A stretch of 63,502 bases of DNA from an uncultured virus (IMG/VR IMGVR_UViG_3300028591_000116) (IMGVR_UViG_3300028591_000116), one strand, 5' to 3'. Positions 47,791 through 59,210 are shown, numbered from the stretch's first letter. Numbers and translations: made by a program. Notes: a model not told the origin generated them from the letters alone.

Positions 47791-50700
47791 ATGCCTTATA
47801 CTTCTGAAGAATTAATTAATGGATTCTATCAAGATAACAACAACTACGAAGAAATTGGCGAACTTCATGCCAATAGTAAACAAGCAGTTGTTGGTCGTAT
47901 TGATAGTAGATATAATTCAACTAAGAAAATTTCATTACAGGCTCCAGATTCAGACAGATTAATTTATAATTTCTCTTCTGATTCTAAAGTAAATGACGTT
48001 GCTATTCGTTCTGCTTACGACAACCTCACTGAAAAAACGATGTTTGTTGGTAAAGATTTTCTTGCTGTATATGATAGCGAATCAGGAAACTTCGTTCTTA
48101 AAGAGCCTCATGAAGTACTAAAGATTCTTATTAATCCTTTTGATGCTAAAATTGATGCTGGTCTTGGTGGTCTCGTTGACGAAAATATTACTCACCTTAC
48201 ATACGATCAGCTCGATTTCGTTTGTAAGAGTTTGAAATATGTAGTTTCTGCTGATAAATACTTCTTCATTATTTCTGAACTCAATAATGGTCACAGTGTT
48301 ATTTGGAAGTTTGATCCAGACACATTAAGGATTAGTAAATTCAGACCTAAAGATTTCTACGATGGTCCTGGCGCAGAAACGATTCTCGCTAAACCATTTA
48401 TCTATAATAGTGTAATGTATATTTACACTAAAACTACCGAAAATAAAGTAAGAGTTTGGTCTTGTAACGTGAACGATGACAACTCCAATACTCGTTTCGT
48501 TTATTCAGACGTTCTTGGTGAAGCAAACGGTATTGGATCTGTTTCAGCCAACAGTTTCGGATACATTATTGATAATGTAAACGGTACCGATGTGATTAAA
48601 GCATTCAATATTCACAATGGAGAACTCCGAGCAGTTCATTATCCTATCGGTGATATAGACAGTGTCGTTCAGTACGAAGTACAAGACGTTGAAGGAACTG
48701 CTGAAGACTACACCAACAACTCAATCAAATACATCAAGAAAGTTGGATTAACTAATAACGTACACATCATTATGCTTCTTAAAACTGGCTTGATGAAGGT
48801 TATCGATAACGGTTATTCTAATGACGCAATTCAGATTAAAACTCGTAGAGGTTTTAATTGCAAAGCTTTTGTAAAATATTTAGAAGGACGTCTTGATGGA
48901 GAAAATCACAACTATCCTATTGTGAAATTGTACAATGACGTTGGAAAATGTCGAGTACTTACAAGCGATGAAGGACAGTACAATTATGGTACTCTCAGTA
49001 CATCAGGTAACGCTGCTGTTGATGTAGTAGCATTTACAGACAAAGATGAACTTCTTCTTAACTTTGAGAATGCTTATGATATCATAGGATACACTGAATA
49101 TGGTAAGAAAACTATCATATTTGGATGGTTTAATGAAAATGGAGTAATTAAACCTCTTATTAAAGAGATTGATCCTAAAAGAGAAGGATATTCTGTAACT
49201 GAAAAGACAGTAGAACAGTCTGAAGTAATTCGTCCTTTCCACACAGGTCTTGAACCTGATTCTGGTATCAGTATAGTTAAGAATGTTCCTTTTGGAAACA
49301 CTAAAACTGTACGCGTAAAAGTAACACCACATATTGGTGAAGAAGCTAAAGATAATGAAGATCTCTATTTCAGAGAATCTAACAATCTTAACGAAGACGG
49401 AAAATACACAACAGGATCTGTCCTTTGGAACGCTCTTAAAGAATCAGGAATTCCTTACAATACACATGTAAGAACAATCGGACGCATTATACTTGATGGA
49501 TACGACATTCCTATCGAAAGTGTTCTTATTACTCGTCCTGATGAATCAAAAGACTACGGAAGTGTTCTTCTTTCTTTTGATAAATTATTTGATATTACTG
49601 CTCTTGACCAAAAATATTTAAAACTTGGTAACGTTCTTTATCCTGGAATTTTATTTAAGAACAACAAAGGATTCTTGAACGATGCAATGATTTCAAATGT
49701 TTACAACATCGACAGCACATTTGCCTACGACGATGCTAGTAATGGTCAGATATTTGAAGATCTCTCACTTTCTATCAAATCAGCTATTATTCTTAATGAT
49801 ACTGAAGATCCTATTATGATTATTGCTTCTAGTAATGGTAAAATCTCAAGTATCAATATGAACACTGGTAGTTATATTACTGCTAGCGGAACTGAATTTG
49901 GTGAGAATGCTCCTAATATCACAAGTAGAGACATCCCATATAACTGGGTTAAAGATGGTGAAATTGTTGCTCTTATTAAGAGTAATAGTAAACCTGCATT
50001 CTTTGTTCTCTATGCTTCTGGTAAGATTGTAGAAATACATTACGCTAATCAGTTTGTAATTTCTGTTATAGAACATGGACATTACGTTTCTGAATCTGAC
50101 GGATATAATCTTGACACAGTATATGCTGTTAAAGGAAATACTCTTGCTTATTATATAAATGATGGAAGCAAGAAACTTAATCTCTTTGATCTTGATTCAG
50201 CAACAACTATTTCAGATAACTTAGACGATTTCATTAGTCTTCCTAGTGCAAATAGTCTTTATATTAACGTAAACGGAGATTTCTTCTATATCCACGGAAC
50301 AAGTCTCATTAAGTTTAATCCTATTGCTGGATCTTATACTACTTTTGCTAGCAATCTTCCTTCTGGTTCTAACATGTTATGTTACGATTTCAATGATCGT
50401 ATTTATATTTCTAATGGAACAGAATTGAAGTATGTTGAATTATCAACAAGACAAGTTCAGGCTAGAAATATTGCTGGAATAGATTCATACAATGGATTCT
50501 TGGTTTATTATAACAATAAGCTTTATACAGTAAATACTGCTGGATATATTTGCTACATTGAAGACGACGATTCAGTTGTTGTTACAGAAACCGAATACGA
50601 TTACAACTCTAGAAAACTTAAACAGATTTACTTTGATGAAAAAGAAGTAGATCTAGTTTTTGTAACTAGTAGTCTTGTTACACGTCTTATTATTTCAAAC

Positions 50701-53700
50701 ACAAATGATATTTCTACTTATGGATATGGCATAAACACAACAATCAATACAGATTGCTCTATCTATTATGACGGAAACAAATACAGATATGTTGATTCTC
50801 CAGTAGATCACTCTGTTACGATATCAGATGTTATTCGCGAAATAACTAGCGAAGCCTCTGTTCCTTCTAGCAATGGAGAAGAATTTATTGGATTCAATAA
50901 CGATATAATTTATATTCGTTACAACAACATGGTTTATGCTAAAGATCTTAGAAAAACTTTGCTTAACTATATCAACCGTCTGTCTAATCACAATATTACC
51001 CTCAGAACAGAAAACACTAAACCTGTTACTGCTCTTGGGTTTATTGATAATGGAAACTCTATTGCTATTTGTTTCAACGACGGTGCTATTGAAAGCGTAT
51101 ATCTACCAGAGTACAATGCTACTGATGGTTATTATGCTTCTAATTACGGAGATATCATCGAGAACTATTCTAGAACTATCTTCGAACAGCACTCTATAAC
51201 ATTGGAACCAGAAGAACCTGGTGAAGCAGTGGGCGAAGACGAAACTATTTCTCTTGCAAATATTCCTAAGCCTAGTAAAATGGGATATTCTTTCATTGGT
51301 TGGAGTGATTCACCTAGTGAAGAAGATATGATTTCTATTAACCAGGCTGCTGCTAGTGATAGGGAGTTACATAATGGAGATGTGATCTATGCAGTATACA
51401 AAGATAACCATGAAGAATACGTTGACAGATGTGTTACTCGAATGTATGCTAAAGCAGGAGAATTCTTCAATACCGGTGTAATTTCTATTAACCAGATAAA
51501 AGACGATATTTATTTCCAGTCTTCTGATAAGAGTATCAGATGGGCTAACGATATTGGTGTTTTCTTTGAAGGTCACGACGAAAATTTCACAGGAAAGAAC
51601 ACTTCTAAGACTGGCGTATATAATGGAAATAAACTTGCTTCCAAGTTGTTCATTAATGGCGCTGGAAGTATAAATATAGGAAAATACGTTTTCTATATCA
51701 ACGGTTACAATCCTTCAGACACTAATCCTCAAACAACCGTTCATAACGGAATTGTTGTATACGATAGTCAGAATGACGAATACTCGGTAATGAGTAAAGG
51801 TACAGATAAACTTCACGGTACTATTCTGTCAAGAATCTTCCCATTCTGTTATTATTATAATGGATACATTTATATCTTCGGTGGTCTTAAAAGAAAAGAT
51901 ATTCACGTTGACGGAAACAACTACAGTAAGTTCAATGAAACTTATAAAATCGAAAGATTTGATATCAGAACCGGCGAAAGTGTTATTCTTGCTGCTAAAT
52001 ATGGACCTAATGGGCATGATCCTGATACTGATGATAATTATTCAGACATTAACACTATTAGGCATTTGAATTATGAAGAAAATGCATATTTTGATGAAAA
52101 TCATCAAAACGACAAAGTGTTGACTGGTATTATAATACATGCAGAGAATTTTGAAGGCGAAGGTTATTACTATAGATTTTCATTAACATCTGAAAATGCT
52201 ATTTGCGAATACGATTCTAATGATTCTAACCAAATGTTTGAAGATACTTTAGCTGAATTAGGATTTGATAAAAATACACGTTTCTATATAGGAAAATCAG
52301 ACAGAAACGAAGACGATTTTGGTATACGTTGTAGTAATAATATTTTTTATGATCTCCCAGAAGAAGCAAAACTTAACGGTTTTGATATAACAGAACCTTT
52401 TAAAGTCGATGATCATATAGAATTCTTAATTAGAACTTCTAAAGAATTTATTCGTCTCGCTTATTATAAAACCGACGATCATGATGGTGAATTTGTTGAG
52501 ATGTCTAGAGTCAAATACTCTGAGAATAACGCTCTAAACAAATTATATTTTACTCCTCTTGAACACTGTAAATATCACGTATCTAAGCTTATGAATGTTG
52601 GTGAGAATGGAGAATTAATGTTGGACAATGCTCCTATTATCAGTTCTTCTATACTCAACTACACTTATGCTTATGGAAAACAGATATTCAAACCGTTTGA
52701 TCAAGAATTCTTTGAGATCCTTTCTGAAAGAGAATGGACTCCTAAAGGAGAAAATCTAGCTGTCGAGTTTGTAGATAATACAGAGTTCTTATTCAATATA
52801 GAAGACGGTAAAAAACTCAAGATTAAAAAGATATCTGCCGACGGAAGTACTTCTGAAGTTTCGACAGGAATAAACGGCGACAAAGTTCACACCGTTGTTG
52901 GTTCAGATGATATTATCACTTGTTTCATTACTAGAAGCGACGATATTAAATTGACCAACATTGTATCTTATAGTATAGATAAAGGAGTTGCTGTTTCTAG
53001 AAACTTTACTGGTGAATATCGTGCTCCTGATGTGTTCTTCTACGAAAGCATTACTAAAAAGATTTTCGCAAGCACAGGTACAAGTGTATTATGTTTCACA
53101 GGAATAGATATCAATTCTTTGGATGCTGGTCTTGGCGTTTCTATAAGTGAAGCAGAAATTGATGGTGTTAGAGGTTTTAATTCAGTAGATGAAAACCACA
53201 TAGCTCTCTTCAATGTATTACATGATAGTGCGAAAACAAGAATTGTAACCGATACTTGTAGATTTGATACTATTAGTGGAGCAATCGTTGGTGAAGATAA
53301 TTACTCTACTTTAGATATAAATCTCGATACAAGCGATAAAGACATAAAAATTGTTCAGGTAAACGGTGAATTTATTATTGTTTGTAATGATAATGAATAT
53401 CTGTTTATTGACGACTCAAATAACGTTGAATCTGTCAATAATAAATCTCCTGAAAATCAAGCAGTTTATCAAATTGACGACGACGGAATTAGATTTATTT
53501 CTGGTTCTAAACGTTACAAACAGTTCAGACTGCAAAAAGAATTTCTTGCTGGAACAAACATCATTCCTATCGGACAGAATTTCAGTAAGCTCGATAATGC
53601 ATACATTACTCAGAATGATTCTGAAATATTTGTATATGCTAACAGAAATATCTTTGCTATTGATAAGAAAACAAAAACTGTTTCTACTTATGAAGGAACA

Positions 53701-55707
53701 GACGGATCGCTTGTTAATTATGGATACGACTTTAAGATTGTAGGAATTGCCGCAAGCAATAACTCTGTGTATTTGTTTGATGGTGTCAATTCTATGGTAA
53801 TGAAGCTTGATCTTGAAAGAAAAGTTCTTTCTAAAAAAATCAATATGCATAATCTTAATTCTACATCTAACGTAGTTTCTGATATGCATGGAGACATCGT
53901 ATACTTTGCAAACGAAAGTTCATTGTATAAGATCGTTAATGATGAGATCATCTTTATCGCTTCTGGTCTTACCGAATTAAACATCACATCTTTGAGATAT
54001 ATAGAAAACAACGACACTATTAGATACTCTGCTATCAATAATAATGGAGACGTTGTTAAGATATATAGCTTCAACCTTTCAGATTCTAGTATAACTGAAG
54101 TAGGAAGTTTGAACACTCCTATTCGTGCTGAAAATAGAATTACTGATTATGCTAATATTGGCATGAGACGGTATTCGGCTAACTTTGCACTTGACAAATA
54201 CGGTAATCTGACTATTGTTGGTGGAAGCAAGAGCTCTGTAGATTATAATCCTACACACGTTACTACTATTGACGGTACTAACTTCAACAACTTTATTGAA
54301 ACCGTCGCAGATGAAAACGCTAAGAAAATGGTTGCTCTTCGTACAATTGTAGATGATAACCATATGTATTCTCTTGGTATTGGAAACAATGATGTAGTAA
54401 ACGTAGTATTCTCTAATAGAAACGAGAATGATATAAAAGGAACTGCCGAATTTAAAGTAGGTTCTGTTACAGACAATAAACGTTATTTCACACACAATAA
54501 CGAGTTATTCTGTATTGAGGTCGCAGCAAACTCATTCAGAGTTATGAAATATAACAAAGAAATTAAAGAGTTTGTCATTTACTCTCCTGAAGCAATTGAA
54601 AAGACAGGAACTTATGTTTCTAGTCACGCTTATTCAGACGGAACGATGTATGCTGTATTCTTGACCACTAATGGTGGAGAAATCAAGTTTAATGTAGTAT
54701 GCTATAACCTCAATACAAAGAAGCACGTTTCTAGTGTTACAGAGACAGTATATACTTCTCTTAATACTAGCATTGGAAGTTCTCTTAAGATAATCGATAA
54801 TGGTTCTTGGAACGGAAAGTATTTCACTACTATTCTTGGAACTGGAACTGTATCTGATAGTATCTTAGTTACAGTAAACGTTTTGAAACTTGAAGGAATT
54901 AAAGTTCTTGGAAGAACTATTAGCTCTTCTGGTGGAATCAATAACAATTCTGCTGTATATTTCAATGACAAACTGTATAGCTTTGGTACAGAGAACAATG
55001 TCTATAAGACTAAACTTACAAACATCGACTTGAACAATACAGAAATTGTTAATGTAACACAGGTAGCTAATGGCGGTATCAAAAATGATAGAGTCACAGG
55101 TTCTAGTACAGCAATAGTTTCTGGTTCTCGCATGGTTGTAACAGGCATTTATGAACCTAGTGAAATCTCAAATGTTAGTAGAAAATTCGCTGTTTCTAAT
55201 ACAGAAATTAAACAGAAATCTTTGAATAACAATAAACTTTTAATTCTTCCTGATAATAGAATTGGTATCGGAAACGGTAACAACTCTAACTCAGAAGCGC
55301 CTACAGTTTATGATATAGCCAAGACACCTGTGAAATCTATTGAGTTCTCAAACGAACTTGCTATTAGAGTTTACTCTGGTGTTAATGAAGATATTATGGT
55401 TTCATTCAACCCTAATACAAACGATGTGTATTACAGTCTCAAGATTTCTCGCGAATACGGTTCTTCTATTAGAGATCTGGTTAAACTCAATGACAACAGT
55501 TATGTGGTTCTTCACTCTGATACTCCTCGCGTTTCTACTCTCGTAATTAATACGAATGGAACACTCTCTTTCAAGAGATACGACGGAGTTCTTCTTGGTG
55601 AACCTATTAACACTGGAACAAATATACATACTATTCAGGAAGCAGACTTTACAATGCTCTTCGATAGTGAAATGGACGAATACGCTTTGCGTCAGGAGTC
55701 CGTTTAA
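47791..55707 (+). CDS. Very large beta-rich virion protein (beta-propeller/Kelch-like repeats, one InlB B-like repeat); possible tail fibre/baseplate
   Basis: 2638 aa; YYNGYIYIFGG Kelch-like motif; IPKPSKMGYSFIGWS InlB-B-like motif. Confidence 0.6.
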   Translation: MPYTSEELINGFYQDNNNYEEIGELHANSKQAVVGRIDSRYNSTKKISLQAPDSDRLIYNFSSDSKVNDVAIRSAYDNLTEKTMFVGKDFLAVYDSESGNFVLKEPHEVLKILINPFDAKIDAGLGGLVDENITHLTYDQLDFVCKSLKYVVSADKYFFIISELNNGHSVIWKFDPDTLRISKFRPKDFYDGPGAETILAKPFIYNSVMYIYTKTTENKVRVWSCNVNDDNSNTRFVYSDVLGEANGIGSVSANSFGYIIDNVNGTDVIKAFNIHNGELRAVHYPIGDIDSVVQYEVQDVEGTAEDYTNNSIKYIKKVGLTNNVHIIMLLKTGLMKVIDNGYSNDAIQIKTRRGFNCKAFVKYLEGRLDGENHNYPIVKLYNDVGKCRVLTSDEGQYNYGTLSTSGNAAVDVVAFTDKDELLLNFENAYDIIGYTEYGKKTIIFGWFNENGVIKPLIKEIDPKREGYSVTEKTVEQSEVIRPFHTGLEPDSGISIVKNVPFGNTKTVRVKVTPHIGEEAKDNEDLYFRESNNLNEDGKYTTGSVLWNALKESGIPYNTHVRTIGRIILDGYDIPIESVLITRPDESKDYGSVLLSFDKLFDITALDQKYLKLGNVLYPGILFKNNKGFLNDAMISNVYNIDSTFAYDDASNGQIFEDLSLSIKSAIILNDTEDPIMIIASSNGKISSINMNTGSYITASGTEFGENAPNITSRDIPYNWVKDGEIVALIKSNSKPAFFVLYASGKIVEIHYANQFVISVIEHGHYVSESDGYNLDTVYAVKGNTLAYYINDGSKKLNLFDLDSATTISDNLDDFISLPSANSLYINVNGDFFYIHGTSLIKFNPIAGSYTTFASNLPSGSNMLCYDFNDRIYISNGTELKYVELSTRQVQARNIAGIDSYNGFLVYYNNKLYTVNTAGYICYIEDDDSVVVTETEYDYNSRKLKQIYFDEKEVDLVFVTSSLVTRLIISNTNDISTYGYGINTTINTDCSIYYDGNKYRYVDSPVDHSVTISDVIREITSEASVPSSNGEEFIGFNNDIIYIRYNNMVYAKDLRKTLLNYINRLSNHNITLRTENTKPVTALGFIDNGNSIAICFNDGAIESVYLPEYNATDGYYASNYGDIIENYSRTIFEQHSITLEPEEPGEAVGEDETISLANIPKPSKMGYSFIGWSDSPSEEDMISINQAAASDRELHNGDVIYAVYKDNHEEYVDRCVTRMYAKAGEFFNTGVISINQIKDDIYFQSSDKSIRWANDIGVFFEGHDENFTGKNTSKTGVYNGNKLASKLFINGAGSINIGKYVFYINGYNPSDTNPQTTVHNGIVVYDSQNDEYSVMSKGTDKLHGTILSRIFPFCYYYNGYIYIFGGLKRKDIHVDGNNYSKFNETYKIERFDIRTGESVILAAKYGPNGHDPDTDDNYSDINTIRHLNYEENAYFDENHQNDKVLTGIIIHAENFEGEGYYYRFSLTSENAICEYDSNDSNQMFEDTLAELGFDKNTRFYIGKSDRNEDDFGIRCSNNIFYDLPEEAKLNGFDITEPFKVDDHIEFLIRTSKEFIRLAYYKTDDHDGEFVEMSRVKYSENNALNKLYFTPLEHCKYHVSKLMNVGENGELMLDNAPIISSSILNYTYAYGKQIFKPFDQEFFEILSEREWTPKGENLAVEFVDNTEFLFNIEDGKKLKIKKISADGSTSEVSTGINGDKVHTVVGSDDIITCFITRSDDIKLTNIVSYSIDKGVAVSRNFTGEYRAPDVFFYESITKKIFASTGTSVLCFTGIDINSLDAGLGVSISEAEIDGVRGFNSVDENHIALFNVLHDSAKTRIVTDTCRFDTISGAIVGEDNYSTLDINLDTSDKDIKIVQVNGEFIIVCNDNEYLFIDDSNNVESVNNKSPENQAVYQIDDDGIRFISGSKRYKQFRLQKEFLAGTNIIPIGQNFSKLDNAYITQNDSEIFVYANRNIFAIDKKTKTVSTYEGTDGSLVNYGYDFKIVGIAASNNSVYLFDGVNSMVMKLDLERKVLSKKINMHNLNSTSNVVSDMHGDIVYFANESSLYKIVNDEIIFIASGLTELNITSLRYIENNDTIRYSAINNNGDVVKIYSFNLSDSSITEVGSLNTPIRAENRITDYANIGMRRYSANFALDKYGNLTIVGGSKSSVDYNPTHVTTIDGTNFNNFIETVADENAKKMVALRTIVDDNHMYSLGIGNNDVVNVVFSNRNENDIKGTAEFKVGSVTDNKRYFTHNNELFCIEVAANSFRVMKYNKEIKEFVIYSPEAIEKTGTYVSSHAYSDGTMYAVFLTTNGGEIKFNVVCYNLNTKKHVSSVTETVYTSLNTSIGSSLKIIDNGSWNGKYFTTILGTGTVSDSILVTVNVLKLEGIKVLGRTISSSGGINNNSAVYFNDKLYSFGTENNVYKTKLTNIDLNNTEIVNVTQVANGGIKNDRVTGSSTAIVSGSRMVVTGIYEPSEISNVSRKFAVSNTEIKQKSLNNNKLLILPDNRIGIGNGNNSNSEAPTVYDIAKTPVKSIEFSNELAIRVYSGVNEDIMVSFNPNTNDVYYSLKISREYGSSIRDLVKLNDNSYVVLHSDTPRVSTLVINTNGTLSFKRYDGVLLGEPINTGTNIHTIQEADFTMLFDSEMDEYALRQESV

Positions 55708-55730
55708 GATAAAATAGGCTAAGGAGTATT

Positions 55731-57068
55731 TTGATGCAAACAAGTAGAAACCCTAAAGTTCTAAATAAAGTATTAAAATATAAGCTCCGACCTATTCTTG
55801 ATAAAATAACTCAACTTGAAGGTGTGCAGTTGGATAACAATGCATATATCCAAAATATCACCTCTCAAGTTGAGAATATGAAAGAACAGGCAACTGAAGA
55901 GCTTGAAAATTATAAAACCGCTTCTGCTAAGTTGGATACTTCTCTCAGTAAAGCTGATAAGAATTTGTCTAACTTAATCAAGAACACATTGTATAATCCT
56001 AACTCTACTACTAAAACAGGTGGTGGAGGAAGTAGCGGTGAATCAGGCGAAGAAGAAACAAAGCTGATTACCGATAAAGGAATCGATGCTGCATGTTACG
56101 GATTAGTAATTGACGGTATCGATTATTCTATTTACGGTGTAACCGGTAAAGGTATCGCTGTTGGTGTAAATCCTGGAACAGAAAATGAGTATGAATGGAG
56201 AAACCCTGCTAACGATATAGACACATTCCCTTCATATTACATTAACGATATCTTATTTATCAATACAAACGAAGTGTTGATCGCAACAAATAACGGTATA
56301 GTTCGATATCTTATGAAAGAAAAGAGCTACACAGTTATGGATAAGAGTTTCGGTATTCCCCACAACACCGTATACAGAGTTATTAAAGTACAGACTTCTG
56401 ACGGAACCTTCAGAGGATATATGGCTATGACAGAAAGAGGTATCGCTTTCAGTCCTGACGCTAGACGTTGGACAGTAATAGCTTCAGAATTCACTGAAAG
56501 TTGTATCTGTGTGGCTAAAACTAATCTCATTGATACTCCTCAGAGTATTGTATTTATCGGAACAGCTTCTGGTGTTTATTACTTTGATATGGACAAATTC
56601 ATTAGTGAAGATGTTCGTGAGGTTAAAGAAATACCAGGATTAAACCTCATTCTTCCTTCTACTTATATCAACGGTTTAGCATATGACGTAGATAACGATG
56701 TTTTGGCTTTTGTATCATTAAGTGGATTAACAGTAGTTAACGGAGCAAAAGATCTTATACAATCTGGTGAAAAGGTTTCGAACGTATCCAGAGTATCTAT
56801 GTTTAATGCCAGTAACGGTTTAAACACCAGTTCTTGTTATGATTGTATTTATACAGTAGATAACAAGCTCGTGGTGTGTACATCTAATGGATTAAACATC
56901 ACTGCGGATTATTCTAGTTTCTCTACTATTACTAAATCCCTCAATACTTACAATCCTGAAAGTGGCGAGTTGTTAAATTCGTTTATATGTAACAAAATTG
57001 TTAGAAAATCTAGTAATAAATACACTGTATTACACGGTGTAGGACTTACAGAAGATATAACGATATAA
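55731..57068 (+). CDS. Coiled-coil plus beta-propeller (Reg_prop-like) protein
   Basis: GIPHNTVYRV, LPSTYINGL and GLNTSSCYDC...CTSNGL blades; AGGAG RBS. Confidence 0.6.
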   Translation: MMQTSRNPKVLNKVLKYKLRPILDKITQLEGVQLDNNAYIQNITSQVENMKEQATEELENYKTASAKLDTSLSKADKNLSNLIKNTLYNPNSTTKTGGGGSSGESGEEETKLITDKGIDAACYGLVIDGIDYSIYGVTGKGIAVGVNPGTENEYEWRNPANDIDTFPSYYINDILFINTNEVLIATNNGIVRYLMKEKSYTVMDKSFGIPHNTVYRVIKVQTSDGTFRGYMAMTERGIAFSPDARRWTVIASEFTESCICVAKTNLIDTPQSIVFIGTASGVYYFDMDKFISEDVREVKEIPGLNLILPSTYINGLAYDVDNDVLAFVSLSGLTVVNGAKDLIQSGEKVSNVSRVSMFNASNGLNTSSCYDCIYTVDNKLVVCTSNGLNITADYSSFSTITKSLNTYNPESGELLNSFICNKIVRKSSNKYTVLHGVGLTEDITI

Positions 57069-57074
57069 AATAAG

Positions 57075-57096
57075 CTCCTCCCAATTAAGGGAGGAG
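57075..57096. terminator. Bidirectional terminator
   Basis: CTCCTCCC-aattaa-GGGAGGAG between convergent genes. Confidence 0.75.
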
Positions 57097-57101
57097 TCTT
57101 T

Positions 57102-57479
57102 TTATTTGTTCAAATCATCGAGGATTTCTTTTTCTTCTTTATCTATAACATGTTCATTCAACCAAGCTATAGAATCAACCGATAAAAATCCTTCAGCCAC
57201 CACTTTATTAAATTCTTCTCTTACTTCTGGGATATTAAAGATTACAAATCTTCCTTTTCCATTATGCATAAGTTCAAATAACTTAGAATAGATTTCCTTT
57301 GTAGCAGTTTCTACATCAGGATATTTAAAGAAAACGTTTATCAACCAGGCATCTTTAAATAACTGATATTTATCTGGTTTACGAAGATCTTTCACGATTC
57401 CGCCAGCGTAAAAATCAATAGTTTCTTCTACCTGTCTATGAACGTCATCGTCACATTCAAACTGAATATACAAAATCAT
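57102..57479 (-). CDS. Hypothetical protein
   Basis: AGGAG RBS; 4-nt overlap with the upstream gene. Confidence 0.7.
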   Translation of the reverse strand: MILYIQFECDDDVHRQVEETIDFYAGGIVKDLRKPDKYQLFKDAWLINVFFKYPDVETATKEIYSKLFELMHNGKGRFVIFNIPEVREEFNKVVAEGFLSVDSIAWLNEHVIDKEEKEILDDLNK

Positions 57480-58258
57480 AATTCTATTATATTCTCCTTA
57501 GATAAAGCGTTCTTATGTTGACTGGATATCTTTTTCTGAATTTCAGGATCTCTAATCTTCCCAATCATACTAGTTTGCGCAGTGTCAAAACACAAGTTAG
57601 TTCTTACCAAATACAAATTATTAGCTTGACTATTCTTTATATCATTATCTATTGCTAATACCTGATAATCACAAACTGCTGAAGCATAATATTTAAGATC
57701 AGAATCTCTATTAAGAACTTGAACTTTATCAAAGAAATTATTTCTCATCTGTTGTATGAGACACTTTCTAGCAAACATAGTCAAAAGTTTCTTAATATCA
57801 GAAGTATAAGTTTTGATTTCATCAGAAAGATAGAACTTTCTTGTTGAAACACCTTCTCTCTCGAATGCAGACAATGTAGTCATAACAATATAATTTGCTA
57901 AAACTGTCTTTAATCTATCAAATGCTAATCGTTGTTCATCGTAAATTTCCTGATCGTGAGACGTAGGATATTCTTTAACAAAACGTTTAACTACTGTGTT
58001 ATATAGATTAGAATCCTCAAGTGAAAGTGTTATTACATATTCAAATTTTTCATTTTTATTTTTCAAAGATTCATCGTCGTCTGAAATTCGTTTATGCACA
58101 ATTACTCGCTTTCGTTTTATAGGTTTAATTCTAACCACAAAGCTACTTTCATATTTACAACCTATAAAAACCTTAATCTCAAACTGATCATCAAACGTTC
58201 TCATACAATATTCTTCAGAATGACTAGAATTCCTTGTAAACAAATTTAACAATCCCAT
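57476..58258 (-). CDS. Hypothetical protein
   Basis: GGGAG RBS; 260 aa. Confidence 0.7.
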   Translation of the reverse strand: MGLLNLFTRNSSHSEEYCMRTFDDQFEIKVFIGCKYESSFVVRIKPIKRKRVIVHKRISDDDESLKNKNEKFEYVITLSLEDSNLYNTVVKRFVKEYPTSHDQEIYDEQRLAFDRLKTVLANYIVMTTLSAFEREGVSTRKFYLSDEIKTYTSDIKKLLTMFARKCLIQQMRNNFFDKVQVLNRDSDLKYYASAVCDYQVLAIDNDIKNSQANNLYLVRTNLCFDTAQTSMIGKIRDPEIQKKISSQHKNALSKENIIEL

Positions 58259-58312
58259 TTTATTCTCCCTTTTTAATTTTACATTAAAAAGTTAATAATC
58301 ATTTACATTCGT

Positions 58313-58510
58313 AGGAAGTTGTAGTGGATGTAGAACTTCTTGTAGTGAAGCTTGTAGTAATAACGGAGGTTGCTCTCCTAAATGCTCTAGTTGGTGTTAT
58401 ACAGGGTTTTGTCAAGGATCTTGTGTTTATAATTGTCAAGGTTGTACTTATATGTGTAATATAAGCGGTGGCGGATGCGGAAATACCTGTACGTCTGGTG
58501 GTTGTAGTGG
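58313..58510 (+). other. Cys-rich cassette 7 (GSCSGCRTSC...CTSGGCSG)
   Basis: Both anchors; 198 bp, stop-free; in-frame TAA six codons upstream with no start in between; absent from the ORF track. Confidence 0.85.
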
Positions 58511-58566
58511 TTAAAAAGAAAAAAAATAACTCTACTAACACTTTTGTGCTTTCGAGTTATTCTGAA

Positions 58567-58875
58567 TCACTTCTGTTTAGCGACTTCATAAACCGCATTC
58601 ACAGATTCGAAGTTAAATGCTTCTGGATGATCTGTGTTTATTTCAATCTTAGCGATCCTTCCTAATGAATCTCTTTCAACAGATTTTATAGCATCAGGTT
58701 TTGTGAAATTAAACTTCATGTCACTAATCTTATCTGGATTTAACCTTTCTTCAATCTTTCTTGAAAAATCAAATTTCATGTTTGATGTTTTGTCAGGATT
58801 AAACGAACAAGGTTTATTTGAATTACCAGTAAGATTCTTTTCATGTGTTTTAATTTCATTGATTTCTCTAAACAT
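58567..58875 (-). CDS. Hypothetical protein with internal NPDKxSxMKF duplication
   Basis: AGGAGG RBS; TTCATATTAT motif upstream. Confidence 0.7.
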   Translation of the reverse strand: MFREINEIKTHEKNLTGNSNKPCSFNPDKTSNMKFDFSRKIEERLNPDKISDMKFNFTKPDAIKSVERDSLGRIAKIEINTDHPEAFNFESVNAVYEVAKQK

Positions 58876-58938
58876 AAATACCTCCTAAGTATTCTCTACA
58901 ATAATAATATGAACGTCGAACACTATATAAAATAAATT

Positions 58939-59166
58939 CCACTACAACCACTATTACAAGAAGCAGCACAACCAGCGTGTCCTTGAGAGCAATCTCCATT
59001 ACATGCTTGCCAACCACAATGTGCGGTCCCACAAGTTGAACCATTATACGTCCAAAAATTACAATCCCAAGCACATCCAGCACACGATTGGCATACTCCT
59101 GAACAAGCTGTTACTCCATAGCATGATTTAGTACAACCTTCCATACATGCACTAAAACAACTTCCT
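58939..59166 (-). other. Cys-rich cassette 8 (GSCFSACMEGC...CNSGCSG)
   Basis: Both anchors; 228 bp, stop-free; directly after a terminator U tract. Confidence 0.85.
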
Positions 59167-59187
59167 GAACAAAAAGAAAAAATAACT

Positions 59188-59210
59188 ACTGGGTGGAATT
59201 TCCACCCAGT
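59188..59210 (-). terminator. Intrinsic terminator
   Basis: ACTGGGTGGA-att-TCCACCCAGT with an A-tract on its left. Confidence 0.7.

Noticed and set aside
2669..56530. Many short ORFs overlapping long genes in other frames or on the opposite strand
   Set aside because: Nested in well-supported long CDSs, with no RBS and shadow-like composition.
1739..59144. Cassettes as independent small RiPP precursor or metallothionein genes, as suggested by the ORF track
   Set aside because: Listed starts are incidental TTG/ATG codons at varying positions without RBS or shared leader, and cassettes 7 and 9 have no early start. Not fully excluded without Ribo-seq.
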